Positions 14,876-29,247 are shown, counted from the first letter of the stretch. The stretch: 64,000 nucleotides of DNA from the human T2T-CHM13v2.0 reference genome, Homo sapiens (GCF_009914755.1 NC_060925.1), one strand, 5' to 3'. A program made the numbers and translations. Notes: a model not told the origin generated them from the letters alone.

Positions 14876-15705
14876 CTCCGTCCTAATCTGGACATGAGCT
14901 AGGATCTAAACTTAATGGGCAAACTCATGTGTGGCTTCGGGCAGCATCATTTTGCATGGGGTTTTGTCTGAAGGTGGATGAAGATGCAGGTAGCTGAGGG
15001 GGACACTAACATGGGGAGGCCAGTGTGGTGTCTGTTTGAAACTGGTCTGTAGCCCAGCATGGTCCCCAGGCCAGAGGATCTGCAGGCAAGACTGTAGGTG
15101 CTGATTTATGAGGGGCTCCGGGAGAAGGGGCCAGGAGCAGTTCTGCTTTGGAGGAGTTGCACAGGGTGGAAGAGAGGTCTATTACCCCAAATCAGGGAGG
15201 ACCTAGATGTTCTCACTGAGGAGTAGGGGCCAACTGTAGCCATCAGCTGGGTGGGGACTGGGCAGCTGAGCAGAACAAAGGAAGGACTGTTTGTGAGTAC
15301 CTGTGAGACACCCCTCAGGGTCCACAGAAAGTCTTGGAGAGGGGTGCCTTCCTGTACTGGGAGCGCTGCAGAGATCAGAGCCTGTGAAATCTGGATCGTT
15401 GCTATTAGTGTGACTCATTAGTATCCACAGACTCCCAGCCATGGGGATATATGGTTTATAAGAGCAACACCCGTAAGAGTGGGGAGTGGGGTGGTCCATG
15501 AATACAGGTGTGATGGGTTCTGTACTACCAGGCAGCCTGTGAAAAGGAGGTAGGGTCATATTTGTGCTTGGGGTATAGGCATGTGATAAGTGAATAGATA
15601 AATAGTTCTCTTGAAAAGATCTCTCAGGTAGGGCCTTGAGTTTCAGGGTCACAAATATGATCCAAGTTGCAAGATCTCAGAGTATGGAATTCTGAGACTC
15701 TTGGA
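14876..15705 (-). pseudogene. E19
   Basis: tttttgtttctaag| SKSLRIPYSEILQLGSYL*..PYLRDLFKRTIYLFTYH (cf. recalled TASOR YVSEFFKR), S/P-rich middle, ...HVQIRTE|gtgaca. Confidence 0.6.
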
Positions 15706-16399
15706 CTTAGAAACAAAAACACATAAACAGGAAGCTCTGGAAGCAGTGGAAGAACCTGGAAAAGCCCATCTGTCCAGAGGCTGTCAACAGTGGGCACAGC
15801 AAAGGGCACGTTCACATTGGCAGGTGCACAGCATGGACTGAGCCCAGGGAGTTTCCGGAGGTGTGGGGTGCCTAGGTATCCAGGCATGTTCACAGGCAAC
15901 CACATACAGACCCATTTCGAGGGCAGGTGGGGCTCAGTCTCCAGGATTTCCAACTTACCTGACACTATCCCCCAATTCCCAAGCAGGTGTTTGAGCCAGA
16001 CCCCCATGCAAGCAGGGACAGGACCCCCCCCTGTGCCTTCACTAGTTTTGGGAGACCACCAGCAGTGCTGGGTGCAGTCCACATATCTGCTGAGTCTTTC
16101 ATCTTCATATTGTGTCTCGGTACTTTTAATTAAAGGATCCCAGAAAGCCGACTCCTAAAGGAGGCTGGTGTTGAGCCAGGCCCTTATATAACACACCTAC
16201 TTGCTATAAACAAGAGCACCAGAGAAAGGTTTCCAATTGGATTGAAAGTGTTCCCCCTTTTGTCTGCAGTTTGGACAACTTCAAGGCTGTAAAGATGAGT
16301 CTACCCCACATATATTATTGTCCTTACGTGTTCTCTCCCTTTTTGTTCTCTCCCTTCTAACTCAACCTTCAACTCCCTATCGTGGAAGGAAATATAGTT

Positions 16400-16472
16400 G
16401 TTGTGTGTGTGCATGTGTGTGTGTGCCTGCGTGCATGCATGTATGTGTGAATGTGTGCGTGTGCGTGTGTGT
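16400..16472. repeat. (TG)n microsatellite, interrupted
   Basis: Direct observation. Confidence 0.9.
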
Positions 16473-16479
16473 TTCTCAG

Positions 16480-16760
16480 CATAATCCGCTTTAGCAGGCT
16501 GCTAGATCTGACCAGTAGCAGCAGCTGTGGCAGCTGCAGCAGTGGCTGATTGCACTGGAAGGGCATGGATAAGCCTGTTTGATGGAACCAAGAAGGAAGG
16601 CATTTAAAACCTTCATGTCTTTCTACTGCTCTTTGCAAGCCCTCATTAGCTTCACTAGAGGGAAAACTTATCTTGTAGGGTTCAGTCGCTGTCTTCCTCT
16701 GGGCACACAGCACAATCAGGAGGGATTTCCATTCAAAATAAAGGAGGTGGAGTTGGATTT
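16480..16760 (-). pseudogene. E18, end of SPOC copy 2 plus following helix
   Basis: Long pyrimidine tract with AG>AA; open 281 nt EIQLHLLYFEWKSLL...QLPQLLLLVRSSSLLKRIM; donor GT>CT (ctgaga); phase 1 to 0 fits neighbours. Confidence 0.7.
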
Positions 16761-17016
16761 TTAAAAAGAGAGAAAGAGAGAAGAGCATACTCTCTCTCAT
16801 CTGCTGAAACTCACTGAGCCAGGTGACCTCCTGAAAAGGTAGGAAGACATTGGTTTTGCCTCCTACTCCCTCTTGGCTCTCTGACTCTGAGACCCACAGG
16901 CGGTCCCAGTCAGTAAACGGGGTTTCTGGTCCTGTATGAGTGTGCTTTGTTTTCCGAGGGAGTCTGAATACTACCCATCCAACCTTCTATATCGTCTTTT
17001 TCCCTGACGTGGAAAG

Positions 17017-17152
17017 ATTACAGTTCCCAGATAGATGGCTGGAAATTGCTTCGGGGAGAGGGTAGAGTGGTGACTGGTGGGAATAAAGGATTCTGGATGG
17101 GAAGCCCCGGAGGAAGCCACTGACCGCAGTGCATGCTGGGGGTTGTAGTTCT
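17017..17152. promoter_or_regulatory. ZNF143/SBS-like motif pair
   Basis: Minus-strand GAACTACAACCCCCAGCATGCA (17130-17151) and plus-strand ATTACAGTTCCCAGA (about 17017), with an ETS-like ccggaggaag between them. Confidence 0.45.
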
Positions 17153-17299
17153 CGTGTACTCCACGGGTAAACAAGTCAGAGAAGCAGGCAGAGGAACCAA
17201 CTCAGTAAAACCCGAGCTATGTGAGATGAATGCTTGCTGGATCCCGGGATTTAGGCTAAAGTGGGCCAGCCTAGCCTGCCTGCTGAAGACATAAGAAAG

Positions 17300-20200
17300 G
17301 TATTCATTCTCCTTATCCACGTTTATATTTTGCCACTTGATCTGTCAAGAAATGAGTTAAATGTTTTAAAGTTTCCCATCGCTTTTTTTTCCCTGCCAAT
17401 CCCTTACACTTTGAACAAGTTTTCCTTTATATATGACCTGGCTACATTATTCAGGGCTTAATATGTATGATGGAAGATCATATCCTTTGTCAACAAAATA
17501 TTACCTTCTCTGACCCATGAATTCTTCCAGTCTTGAATTTTAATTGGACTGACAATCATTTCGTGATATTTTTCTTTTTGCTGTGTTTTCTGGGTCAGTC
17601 TTTTAATTTTTATGAGTTAGTATGCCTCTTGTAGACAGCATAAAGTTGAATTTTCTAGGAAAACATAAATTAACTCAATAAGTAGATTCCCTGATAAATC
17701 AGTAAGTATAGAAGATACTAAATAAGTTGTCAAAGGCTGCATTCAATAAAGTCAGGCGGCTCAGATGGGTGTGTAGTTTGTTTATGGGTGAGTTTTTTCA
17801 AACCTTCAACAAAAAGTTAATTCCCATTCTAAACAAATTATTGCAGAACACAGCAATATATGTAAATCTTTCCAAATCTACTTATAAATTCCAAATTAAC
17901 TTATAAACTTGTAATCTTGTTAACAAGTCTGATGAACCTAGTGCAAAGGAGGCAACTGACACTAATATAGCTTACAAGTATGGAGAAAAAGCTTTAAAAT
18001 GTTTTAGCAAATCAAATCCAGCAATATATTAGAAGAAGACTATATCATACCAAGGATATTTGATTACTAAAATGCAATGATGGATCAATGTGAGAAAACT
18101 AATAATACAAAGTATCACACAGAAAGGTTTGAGAAAGGAAAAATGATTATCGCAATAAATACTAAAAAGGCATGTGGTAAAATTCAACATTCATTCCCAA
18201 TAAGACCTATTAATTAACAAATACCCACCATCATAGTTAACAATGAAATAATAAAGATGTTCTCGTTAAAATCAGGAAACAGTTGAGGATGTTAATTACC
18301 ACAAATGTTGGTAAACATTTTCCTAGAAATTCCCATTATAAGACATACAGAAAAACAGTAAAAACATCAAAAAGGATAAAATTATTACTTGTAAGTTATA
18401 TGATTAGTCTGTCCAAAGAAACTTGAGTATAACCTAATCACTTTATATGCATCCTATGAAGCAAGTATTGTATCACCCCCATTGTACAAATGAGGACACC
18501 AAGGCCCAATGTCATACACCTAGTAATAGGACTGGCATTTGAATCCAGGTAATCTGACTCCAAAACCCTTTCTCCTAACCACCTGTGTTACACTGTCTTT
18601 CCTTGTTTCACTCTATAAAGTTTAACTATCATTATTATAGCAATATAAGAAATACTTTTCCTACACACCACTAATAACCAACTAACAACACATTTAAAAG
18701 AGTATTTAAATTTAAAATAACAAAACAATATAAAATTCATACAAATAAACCTAACAAGAAAAGTGCACCCAAAGAAAAGTTAAAAATTTAATAAGGGGCA
18801 GAAAAGAATATTTGAACAAATAAAAAGATGTATAATTTCCTGGATAGGAGGACAAATAATGGGAAGGTGTAAACTTTTTGGAGATAATTTACACATTTAA
18901 TGCAATTCCAATTCAAAATCTGAAGAGATTTTATTTGTTTGGAATTCAGTGAAATGATACATATATTTTATTTGCAAGAAAAAATGAGAACAACCAAAAT
19001 TGTTTGGAAAAGCAGAATAAGGAAAAATGACTCACGTTGAAAAAAATCAAAATGCTTTATAGAGCTATAATAATTTAAATTGTACAATTCTATACCTAGC
19101 CATATCAATGGAATAAAATATAAAGTCCAGAAATAGATACAAATATATATAGTATACAATAGAGACATTACCTCAAAAAAAGGAAGGGAAGATAAGTCAT
19201 TTAATAAAAAGTGTTCTAAAAATAAATGCAAAGAAGGTATCACAAAATAAACAAATGATTGATTTGCCTCTGCACATATTTTAAAATACGTCAAAAAATA
19301 GCAACAAGTTAAGAAAAAAAGATAAACTGGGAAAATACTTTCACAACATATTCCAAAGATATCCTTAAAATATAAAGAATTGTTAAAATTAACAAGAATA
19401 ACTAGGAAGAACAAGAAGAAGAAGCAGAAGCAGCAGTAGCAGCAATTAAAAGGTAAAAATTAATGTGGCCAATAAACACATGGAAATGTGCTCACTTTAC
19501 CAGTAATCAAAGACAAGCTGATTAAAATATTTTATATGTAAAACGACAACTATATACATATATTTTAATCACCGGGTATTTTATCAGCAAGAACCAGTTT
19601 AAAAATATGCTGGAAAATTTACTCTCAATAGCAACTAAAGCCATAAATTACCAAGTTACAATACTATAAAAATACACTCTTTGAATTTTCTAACACATGC
19701 ACAGATTTGATTAAATGAAGATCTATATCATGATTCTGAATGGGAATGTTGAACATTGTAAAGATGTAAATTCTACAAATTATTGCAAGAAATGTATCTT
19801 AACATTGTGGACGCATCTTACAAGCATAAGGCCAACAAAAGAATCCAGTAACGAAAGTTTCCACTTTTTGCAAGTTACCATTTATATAAAGTTTAAGACC
19901 AAGCAAAACGAATCTATGGCAATTGGCGGCATGAGATTGTGACCTCTGGAGCAGAATCAATGTCCAAGATAGGGACACAGGGTAGATGCTGGGTGGGGTC
20001 ACCTTCGTTGCTTCCCTTGGGTGGTGGATACCTGGGTGTGCTCAGTAAATCCAATGAGATGTCTGCTTATGATTTGGGCACTTTTCTGTATAAATGTTAC
20101 ATTTCAATAAAAGGTTACTTTAAAAAAAGGAAAAAGCATGAACTTAGGTTCTTATGCCATACTTTATAATTATAAAACTTCTAGCGAAAGGTAAGTGTTA

Positions 20201-20760
20201 AACATAAATATTAAGTAATAAAATATGAGAGTATGTGCTCGGTGAGAGCAAGCTCGTTTTTAAAACAGTTTGCTCACTGTTTTATTCCCAGCCCGTGGAA
20301 TAAAACCTGGTTCCAACAGTGCTTAATATTTATTGAGTGGATGAATTAGAAGAAAATGCCAGTGAAAAGTTAACTGGCATTGGGTTGAGAAAGGGCATTC
20401 TAAATATAAACATAATGGGAAATAAAACATATATTAAAATACTGGCATACTTAGCCGCCAAACATTTAAAACTTCTGTAAGTAAAATACATAAAGAACAT
20501 AAACAAAATTAAGGTAGAAAAACAAACTGGCAAAATATTTATAATAAATATGACACTGAAAATTAATATTTTTAACAGGTTAAGCACTTAACGGTTAATA
20601 AGGAAAACACTAACATTCCTATGGAAAATGGGTAAAAGCAAATGGACAATATGCAAAAAAATACAAATGGCCAACAAACACATGAAAAGATGTTTGAGAT
20701 GATTAATAACCAAAGAAATGCAAATTAAAACAGCAAAATACCAAAGTTTTTGGTTCGCCT
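17300..20760. mobile_element. Old L1M fragments (mostly +), with a MIR at about 18430-18600
   Basis: A-rich ORF2/3'UTR-like text (ttagcaaatcaaatccagcaa, aaatggccaacaaacacatgaaaagatg). Confidence 0.7.
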
Positions 20761-21124
20761 ATCACATTTTTCCTTCACTTACTCAACAAATATATTTTTG
20801 AGTGGCTATTACATCAGGCATGCCTGGGGATTCCATAGAAAAAGAAATCCGCTATGCCCCCACCCCTCAGGGAGCTTACATTCTGGAGAGGAACATAATA
20901 GACAATAAACAAATTATTGGGCACATATTTAGTGTGTCAAGTGATGATAATTACTATGGGGTTGGAAGGGGGAGTGTAAGTTCATGGATTGTAACAAATA
21001 TACCACTCTGGAGTGTGGGATGTTGACAGTGGGGGAGGCTGTGTGTGTGGGGGGGCATATGGGAATTCTATACTTTCCCCTCAGTTTTACCATAAACCTA
21101 AAACTGTTCTAAAAACAGTCTATT

Positions 21125-21430
21125 AAGGAAAGAAGCAAGAAAGAAATAGGAAGTGAGCGAGAGAGAGAGAAAAGAAAAAGAAAGAGAGAGGAAGGAAGGA
21201 AGGACGGAAGGAGAAAGAAAGAGAAGAAAGGAAAAAGGAAAGGAAGGAAGAAGAGAGGGAAGGAAGGAGAAAAAAAGAAGGAAAGATAGGAAGAAAGAAG
21301 GAAGGAAAGAGAAAGACAAAAGAGAGAAAAAGAAAGTGAAAGAGGGAGGGAAGGAAGAAAGAAGAAAAAGGAAAGACAGAAAGAAGGAAAGAAAGAAAGG
21401 AAAGACAGAAAAAAAAGAAAGAGGAAACAG
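21125..21430. repeat. GA-rich low-complexity tract
   Basis: (GAAA/GGAA)n variants. Confidence 0.9.
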
Positions 21431-21451
21431 GCAAGCAGAGTAAGAGAGATA

Positions 21452-21526
21452 GGGATGTGGGGCTGGCGGTTGGGAGATAGGGATGCGGGGCTGGCGGTTG
21501 GGAGACAGGGATGCGGGGCTGGCGGT
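21452..21526. repeat. 28-bp tandem repeat, about 2.7 copies
   Basis: gggatg(c/t)ggggctggcggttgggaga(t/c)a. Confidence 0.85.
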
Positions 21527-21539
21527 GATGGTTGCTACT

Positions 21540-23000
21540 TTTTATGCAGGGTTTTTGAAGGCGTCTCTCATAAGATGGCATTTGAGCAGAGACCTGAGGA
21601 AGTGAAAGATGGAGGGCTGAAGCTTCCAGTTAGAGGAACAAGCAAAGACCCCGAGCAGGATCAGGTTTGATGTCTTCAAGTAATATCCAGGATGGGATGA
21701 AGCTGCAGGGGAGTGAGCAAGGTGTAGACAGGTAGAAGGTGAGGTTGGAGGAGTGGGTGGACGGGGAGGAATCATCCCACAGGGCCTTGTACGCACTGCA
21801 AAAACTTTAGTCTTTTGCTCTAAGAAATTAAGTCCGTTAATTAAAAACAAATGAACAGAAACAATTTTGGCTTTTACTCTGAATGAGAATCCACTTAGGG
21901 GTTTTGAGCAGAGGTGAGACATGATCTAACTTACATTGCAAGATGGTCTCTCTGGCTGCTGTGTTGGGAACAGACTGTAGGGGCAAGCGTGGGCACTTGG
22001 AGGGCAGGGAGGGGGCCACCACTGTAGTCACCCAGGCAGAGAGGTGGTGACAGACGAGGTGTCAATTGTGGAGGTGCTAAGAAGTGGTCACTTCATCTGT
22101 ATATACAAAGGAGAGCCAAATAGATTTATAGAGCATAGCAGGGAAGAATCAAGAGTGACTCCAAGGTTTGGGGCAGGGGCATAGGGTAGAACCAATGGAT
22201 TGTTGGGGATCATCCTACTGGAGACAAAGAATGGTTGGAGTATTGGGGAGTGAGTTAAAAAGAGAAGAGGTAGTGGCTGGAGAACGGGAGGCTTGACGTT
22301 GAGATTATGGAGGAGATGCAACTACTGGGAATGATAACACCAAAGGTGGAACCCTGCGAGTAGGTAGCTGTGTGGGGTGGAGTCAGTGGTGGGGTGGAGA
22401 GCAACAGCATTGGAGAAGAGGGCAAGGAACTGGGAGTCCAGAGAGGGAACAAGTGAAGACTCAATGTGGGTATTGATGTCACCAAGAATTATGACATGAG
22501 TTGTGTTAGAGACAGGGAACGTGAGCCATACACTGAAATCCTTAATAAATGAAGAGAGGTGTCACAGGGAGAAGTAGATGATTGAAGCCAGGAGGGGTAG
22601 CCCATGTTCCGCAACAGGAGTTTCAAAGTTAGGGGTATTTAGAGAGGGTGGAGGGAGAATGGTTTGGAAGCATCGATGGGGAAGAGGAAGCATACATCCA
22701 CCACTCCAGATCAAGTAATTCAAGATATGTGGAGAAAAATGAGCTATGATGTTAAAACGCTGCAGGGAACATGGTGTCATCAGGGGAGAGCCAAGTTCTA
22801 ATTAGAGCAAGAAGTTGAGAGGAGTGACCAAGTAGGAGGTTGAGGATATAGGGGATTCAGCTGATGACTGACTAGAAGTCTTCAAAAGTGGGGAGGAGTA
22901 GACGGTGCATCCAGGTTGGATGTGTTGTGTGGGAATGTGTCTGGGTGAGGTGAGATAATCTGGGAGTTTGTGGTGAAGGGTGAGATGGGAGTGGTTCTGT
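21540..23000 (-). mobile_element. L2 fragments
   Basis: catttgagcagagacctga, ggttttgagcag..gacatgatct, tctggctgctgtgttgg motifs. Confidence 0.6.
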
Positions 23001-23220
23001 GGGTCAATAAGGCAGATTGCAGTGATGGATTGTTGGCCAGAGGTTTGGGGTGCTGGGAAGGGGGAGTTATGAGGGCCTTTCCAGAAGCACTCAGATCTCT
23101 GCCATTCCTCCTTGCTCCTGCTCATGGATGTGTGGAAGAAACACATGGGGAAACACACGGAGCACTGCCCTGCATCAACCCTGTGGGAGAGGGGTGGACG
23201 ACGGGGAGGGTCAACCTTAC

Positions 23221-23426
23221 CTGGAGCCTACAGAGCTCTGGGGCTCCTCTTCTCTAGCGGAGGAACCAAGAAACTCGAGCAATGCTGGGAAGGGTTCAGG
23301 AAATCCAGCCCTCCCATCCACAACTTGTGGCAGTGTAACTTGGGAGTTTGTTTTTGGAAAAAAAAATTAAAATATTTAATGAGAACCTTAAAATTGTGCT
23401 GATCCTTTGTTTTTATAATTTCTCTT
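23221..23426 (-). pseudogene. E17, SPOC copy 2
   Basis: actttcctag| REIIKTKDQHNFKVLIKYF...KLHCHKLWMGGLDFLNPSQ...VPP G|gtaagg, resembling EVVEKTR..NMESLLQKL..KLVLVKPLGDRGYLFLLSPYQ. Confidence 0.75.
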
Positions 23427-23919
23427 CTAGGAAAGTGTGGTAGAGACATAATCAAAGATTCAGACAAAGATATAACTACAGAATGCACATGACGGTTTTG
23501 TTAATACACCAAAAGGAAAAAAATTAAATAACGGACTCTCCCAATAAATTGTGACCATCTATAGTTTGGAATAACATGAAGATTGTTAAAAACTATGTTT
23601 ACAAGAATGGCAATAACAGAGAAACACTTGCTATATAATTTTCACAATAACAAGGTGAAGAAATACTATATATATATATAATAAAATTCAAATTTTTAAG
23701 AGAAATTAAAATGTATAGAAAACATTGGAAAAGGATACACTTAATAATCTTTTTTTCAGCATGGTAGAATTGTGGGTGATTTTTGTTCCCTTTATATTTT
23801 TTAATACTTTGTACTTTTTAATGACAAATGTATATACTACCATTTAATGATAAAAATATATTTTTAAAATACTGGATAAGAATTATTCAAATAAATGCCT
23901 TATTTAAAAGTTAAATTGC

Positions 23920-24210
23920 AGACCAAGTGCAGTGGTTCACGCCTGTAATCCCAACACTCTGAGAGGCCAAGGTAGGAGGACTGTTTGAGGCCAGGAGTTT
24001 GAGACCACCTTGGGCAACAGAGCAAGACCCTGTCTTCGCTGGGCATGGTAGTATGAGCCTCCAGTCCTGGCTACTCAGGAGGTTGAGGCAGGGGGATTGA
24101 TTGAGCCCAGGAGGTCAAGGGTGCAGTGAGCTATGATTGTGCCACTTGCACCCCAGCCTGGGCAACAGAGCAAGACCGTCTCTACAAATAAATAAGTAAA
24201 TAAATAAGAT
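23920..24210 (+). mobile_element. AluJ
   Basis: ttgagcccaggaggtcaagg.tgcagtgagctatgatt. Confidence 0.85.
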
Positions 24211-24255
24211 ACAATAAAAATTAAATTGCAAATGAAAAGTTACACTCTATCTCAT

Positions 24256-24348
24256 CCTATTGTATACTAGAAATTATAATTTTCCTCCAATTCATTACTT
24301 TGATTATTCTACAAAATCAAGACTAAACTGGAATTCAAATCAGAAAGG
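24256..24348 (-). pseudogene. E16, SPOC copy 2
   Basis: ttctttgcttcttag| LSDLNSSLVLIL*NNQSNELEENYNF*YTI; donor GT>AT (atgaga) inferred from phase. Confidence 0.5.
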
Positions 24349-24513
24349 CTAAGAAGCAAAGAATAACAATGGTGAACTTCAAGATAAATATCCCACATTA
24401 TTTTCAAGGCAGAGGCCAGTGTTGCCTTCTGCATCTGTTTTGGGAAGAGTGCCCAAAGCCTTCAGAGGAGACAACCTTTTGTGCTGTGTCCCCTACTCCC
24501 CCCCCATTCTTAC

Positions 24514-24988
24514 CCTGAATAGCATTCTTTCCAAAAAAGAATAAAGAATACTCAAGGAAAACTATTAAAATGCTTGGCAAAACTACACAGACAGACACAG
24601 AGGCCAATTAAGTATAAATATTTCACACCAGAACTGTCTTTTTGACCCAGCCACTAATATCTACCCGGCCACAGATCTAAATGTTTGGATGAAAACGACA
24701 GAGCAGAGGAGGGCTGGTGAGCCAGCTGCAGAGGGGCGCCCCTTCGGAGCGTTCGCATCTGCCTGAAGAATATGTGTAGTACGTTTTCCTAGAAGCATGG
24801 AGGGGCATGCGGGTTTGACCATCTTCCTAAACCTGGAGAAGGTCACTGTTTTCCTTCAGGGATTATTCTGTCTCACCGCTTTTGTTTTTTGGTTTCCCTT
24901 GATCTAAAACAAAAGGGTCTACTTTCTTCTTTGGATTTTGAAGCTGTGGGTGCCTTTCTTCTCAGTTAATTTTTTTTTTTGTTTTCAT
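24514..24988 (-). pseudogene. E15, linker plus start of SPOC copy 2
   Basis: cttaacag| ... HLDLWPG/ILVAGSKRQFWCEIFILNWPLCLSV*/LPSILIVFLEYSL... G|gtaaga, resembling recalled TASOR2 WKGKLIV..MLCDIAL...TQLPQEL. Confidence 0.7.
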
Positions 24989-25630
24989 CTGTTAAGACTT
25001 AGCTAGTTTAGGTTTTGAAAATGAACACACTGACAGCCATTGTGAGAAGATAGCCTGGCCTTTTGGAGGACAAATGCTGTGGGGTGGCGTAACCTTGAGG
25101 CTCAAGTCCTGGCACTGGCATTTAGTGTGAGTCATGCTGTATTGCTTCACCTCCTGGGCTTCAGTCTCTCCATCTGTGAATGTAGAATGACAATACCTGC
25201 TGTGCTGTAAGGTCACTGTGAAGATTAAATGAGATAATGCTTTGTAACCTGTTGGCCTCTGTGCAGTTTAAAATGATGTTTTTCATTACTTGGCTAAGTG
25301 CTGTACACCCACTGCTCTGTAGACAAAATTCAAACAAAAAGCTTTGTAATGCTCCCACCCATTGAAAACATTACTATGTTAGCCTCTATATACATAAATT
25401 ATTATAACAACACCTGGAAGGTAGGAAACACACTTTGAATTATATTGTTTCTAAGAGTGAGGATAAGGATTACTTTCATTCATTTATACTTTTTGGGCAC
25501 CAATAATATGTATTTGTAAGATGAGATGGCCACTTTATAGATTGCATCTTGTATATTAAGAAACAATTAAATCTATTTTAAAAGTACAGCTAAAAACCTC
25601 CATTTCCCGAAATAGCGTGGATTAGATTAC

Positions 25631-25727
25631 CTAAAATCTTTCCTACTACAAAACATCTAGAAATGTTAAAAACCTGTAATATTCTTTTAAATTCATTATT
25701 TGAATTCCAAGAAAGTAAGAAATATCC
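25631..25727 (-). pseudogene. E14, end of DUF3715 copy 2
   Basis: ttttttccctag| GYFLLSWNSNNEFKRILQVFNISRCFVVGKIL G|gtaatc; fully open, phase 0 to 1 fits both neighbours. Confidence 0.7.
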
Positions 25728-27239
25728 CTAGGGAAAAAAATGAAGATGGATCTGAACACCAAAATGTAAGCACAAGCCAATGTTGCAACAGCCTGGGTGG
25801 GGAAAGGGGAGTGAGAAATTATGAAGTTGCCAATCTTATTAGGCAAGAGGATCTGCCTCTCTCAATCTCTATCTCTCTTTTTAAAAAATTAAATTAAAAA
25901 ATTTCAAGCACTCACATAGAATACTATATGACACCTCCAAATACCTGTCACCTAGATTCATTACCAAAATCTTGCAACATTTTATCTTTATTGTTTGTAT
26001 TTTTATCTTTGCTGAAGTTTTTACATTGAATCCTAGACATCATGCCATTTCACTTCACATATTCTTATATGCATATCTATTTAAACAGCACAGGAAAAGA
26101 GGTATGAGTATAAAATCAAAGAATTCAAACAGAGGCCTTATAATGTTAAACTTGAATTGGAAATATTAGCATGAACTCTCTCTTAAGAGAGAGTTTTATC
26201 TCTTAAGAGAAAAGGCCTGGCAAAAATGAAAACTCAGGAGCAAGAGGTCTTTGATGAATTCCTTTTTTCTGACACTGAAAGATGCCCCAGGATCTTCTTG
26301 GACATTTCTTGTCCCAAATCTGTAATTATTCATTTTTCCAAGGAAGCCTGGTCTTCTTAGTAAGAAATGACACTTAATGACCAATCCAGGACTGACACAG
26401 ATCCTAGAATAAGCAAACAAGGACCTTGAAGCAATTACCATAACTGTATTCAATATGTTCAAAAAGTTAAGAAAGACATGGAACATAAATTTTTAAAATT
26501 AGACTTCTAGAGATGAAAACTACAATGTGTGAGATGAAAAACACACTGAATGGGATGAGGGGATTAACAGTAGATTTGACATTTTTTAAAAAGATTAATG
26601 AACTGGAGGACATAAGCAATAAAAAACATTCAAAATAAAAAATATAGAAAAAATAAGTTTAAAACATGAAAAAAGCATCAGTGAGCTGTGGCACAACTTC
26701 AAGTTTTTAATATAATAGGGGATCCTAAAGAAGGGGGGAAATAGAAAAATATCTGATGAATAATGGTCAAAATTTTCCCCCCGATTTGATGAAAACTGTA
26801 AAACTACAATCCAGAAAGTTCAATGAATCTCAAGCACAAAAATTATGAAGAAAACTACACCAAGATACATCATAATAAAAATACTCAAAGCCAGTGATAA
26901 GAGAAAATTTTCAAAGCAGTACATTTATCTACAGAGGAACACATGTAAGGGTGATAGCAGACTTCTCATAGGAAACAATGCAAGTGAAAAGACAATGGTG
27001 CAACACCTAAAAAAAGCACTGAGCACTAAGTGAAAGAAAAACTCTGTAAACCTAGTATTCTATACCTAGTAAAATATCTTTCAAAAATAAGGTAAAAATA
27101 AAAACTACTTTCAAACATATGAAAGCTGAAAGAATTAATCACCAGCAGACATACACAATTAAACATTTAAGGAAGAAATATCAATTTTACAAAACTCTTA
27201 GAAAATTGAAGAGGAAGAAATGTTTTTCAACTTCTTATC

Positions 27240-27594
<355 letters not shown>

Positions 27595-29247
27595 TGAAAA
27601 AAAAATCTACATATTAATATCCCTCAGGAGCAAAGGTGCAAAATTTCTAACCAAATTTTAGCAAATCAAATCTAACAATATGTAAAAAAGATAATATATG
27701 AGTTTCATATGGAGTTTATTCCAGGAAAGGAGGGTTGGTTTCATGTTGGAAAATTAATGTCATTTGTCATATTAATTAAAAATGAAAACCATATTATCAT
27801 CTTGATATAAACAGGAAAAAATACGGTAAAATCAAACATCTATTCCTGATTATTCCAACATCTCAACAAACTATAAATAGAGGAAAATGTTCCCAATCCG
27901 ACAAAAATCATCTAAGAAAAATCTACAACTAACATCATACTTAACAGAAACAAGTCAGGAATGTTGGCTCTTACCACTTCTATTAAACATTTTGCTAGAA
28001 ATCCTTGCCAGTGCAACCAGGGGAGAAAAAGAAATAAAAGGAATCCAGATTTTAAGGAAAGAAGTAAAACTGTCTTTATTCTTCATGACATGATTATCCA
28101 TGTGGAAAATAGGATGGATTCTACAAAAAGGCTACTGTAATGATATAAGATCAATATACAATAATCAATTGTACTTCCATAAACTATCAACAAACAGAAA
28201 TTTAAATTTCAAAAAATTTAAATTGCATCAACAATATGAAGTCCTTGTCTGACAAAAGATGTGCAAGCTGTAAACACTGAAAACTATAAAACATTGTGAG
28301 AGAATTTTTTAAAGACCTGAATAATGGAGAGATGTACTATGCTCATGGGTCAGAAAATTCAATATTGTGATGTCGTTTTTCCTCAGATTGATCTATAGAT
28401 TCAATATCCTTCCAACCAAAACCTGAGGGGGTTCTTTTGTGGAAATTGACAAGTTGATTCTAGGCTCTATATGGAAATGCAAAGAACCTAGAATAGCCAA
28501 AACAACTTTGAGTGAGAAGAACAAAATGGTAAGACTAATGCTACCTAATTTCAAGACTTACTATAAAGCTACAATAATCAACACAGTGTATTTGTGACAT
28601 AAAGATAGATTAACAGCCCTGAAATAGATACACACATACTTAGACTACTGACTGTCAACTAAGGTTGATCCACTTTAAGTTAATTTTTCATATATTTTAA
28701 AAATTGCAAATATTTTTTGCAAGGCAATTTGGTAGTGAAAGGATAGTGTTTTCAACAAATGGTGTTGGAACAATTGGATATACATATGCAAATAAAAGGA
28801 GCTTTGATTCCTATTTTATGCTATATAAAAAATTAAAGTGGATCATATACCTAAATGTAAAACCTAAAACTACAAATATTCTAGAAGAAAATATAGGAAA
28901 AGAAATCTCTGTAACTTTGGTTTAGGCAAAGATTTCTTAGATACAGCACCAAAAACACAATTTATAAAAGAAAAACAAATTGATAAACTGAACTTCATCA
29001 AAATTAGAAATTCTCTGCTCTTCATAAGAGACTGTTAAGGAAGTAAAAAGGTAAGCCTCAGATTGGAAGAAAATATTTGCAAAGCATATACTGGATAAAG
29101 AACTCTCAAAACTCAATAATTTTTAAAAACCCACACAATGTAAAAATAGACAAAAGATTGGGACACTTTTCCAAAGAAGACATACAGATGGGAAATAAGC
29201 ACATGAAAAAATGTCTAGTAACATTGGTTATTAGGGAAATGCAAATT

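Noticed and set aside
21098-21581. Lys/Glu/Arg-rich and Phe/Leu/Ser-rich ORFs
   Set aside because: Translations of the GA-rich low-complexity tract.
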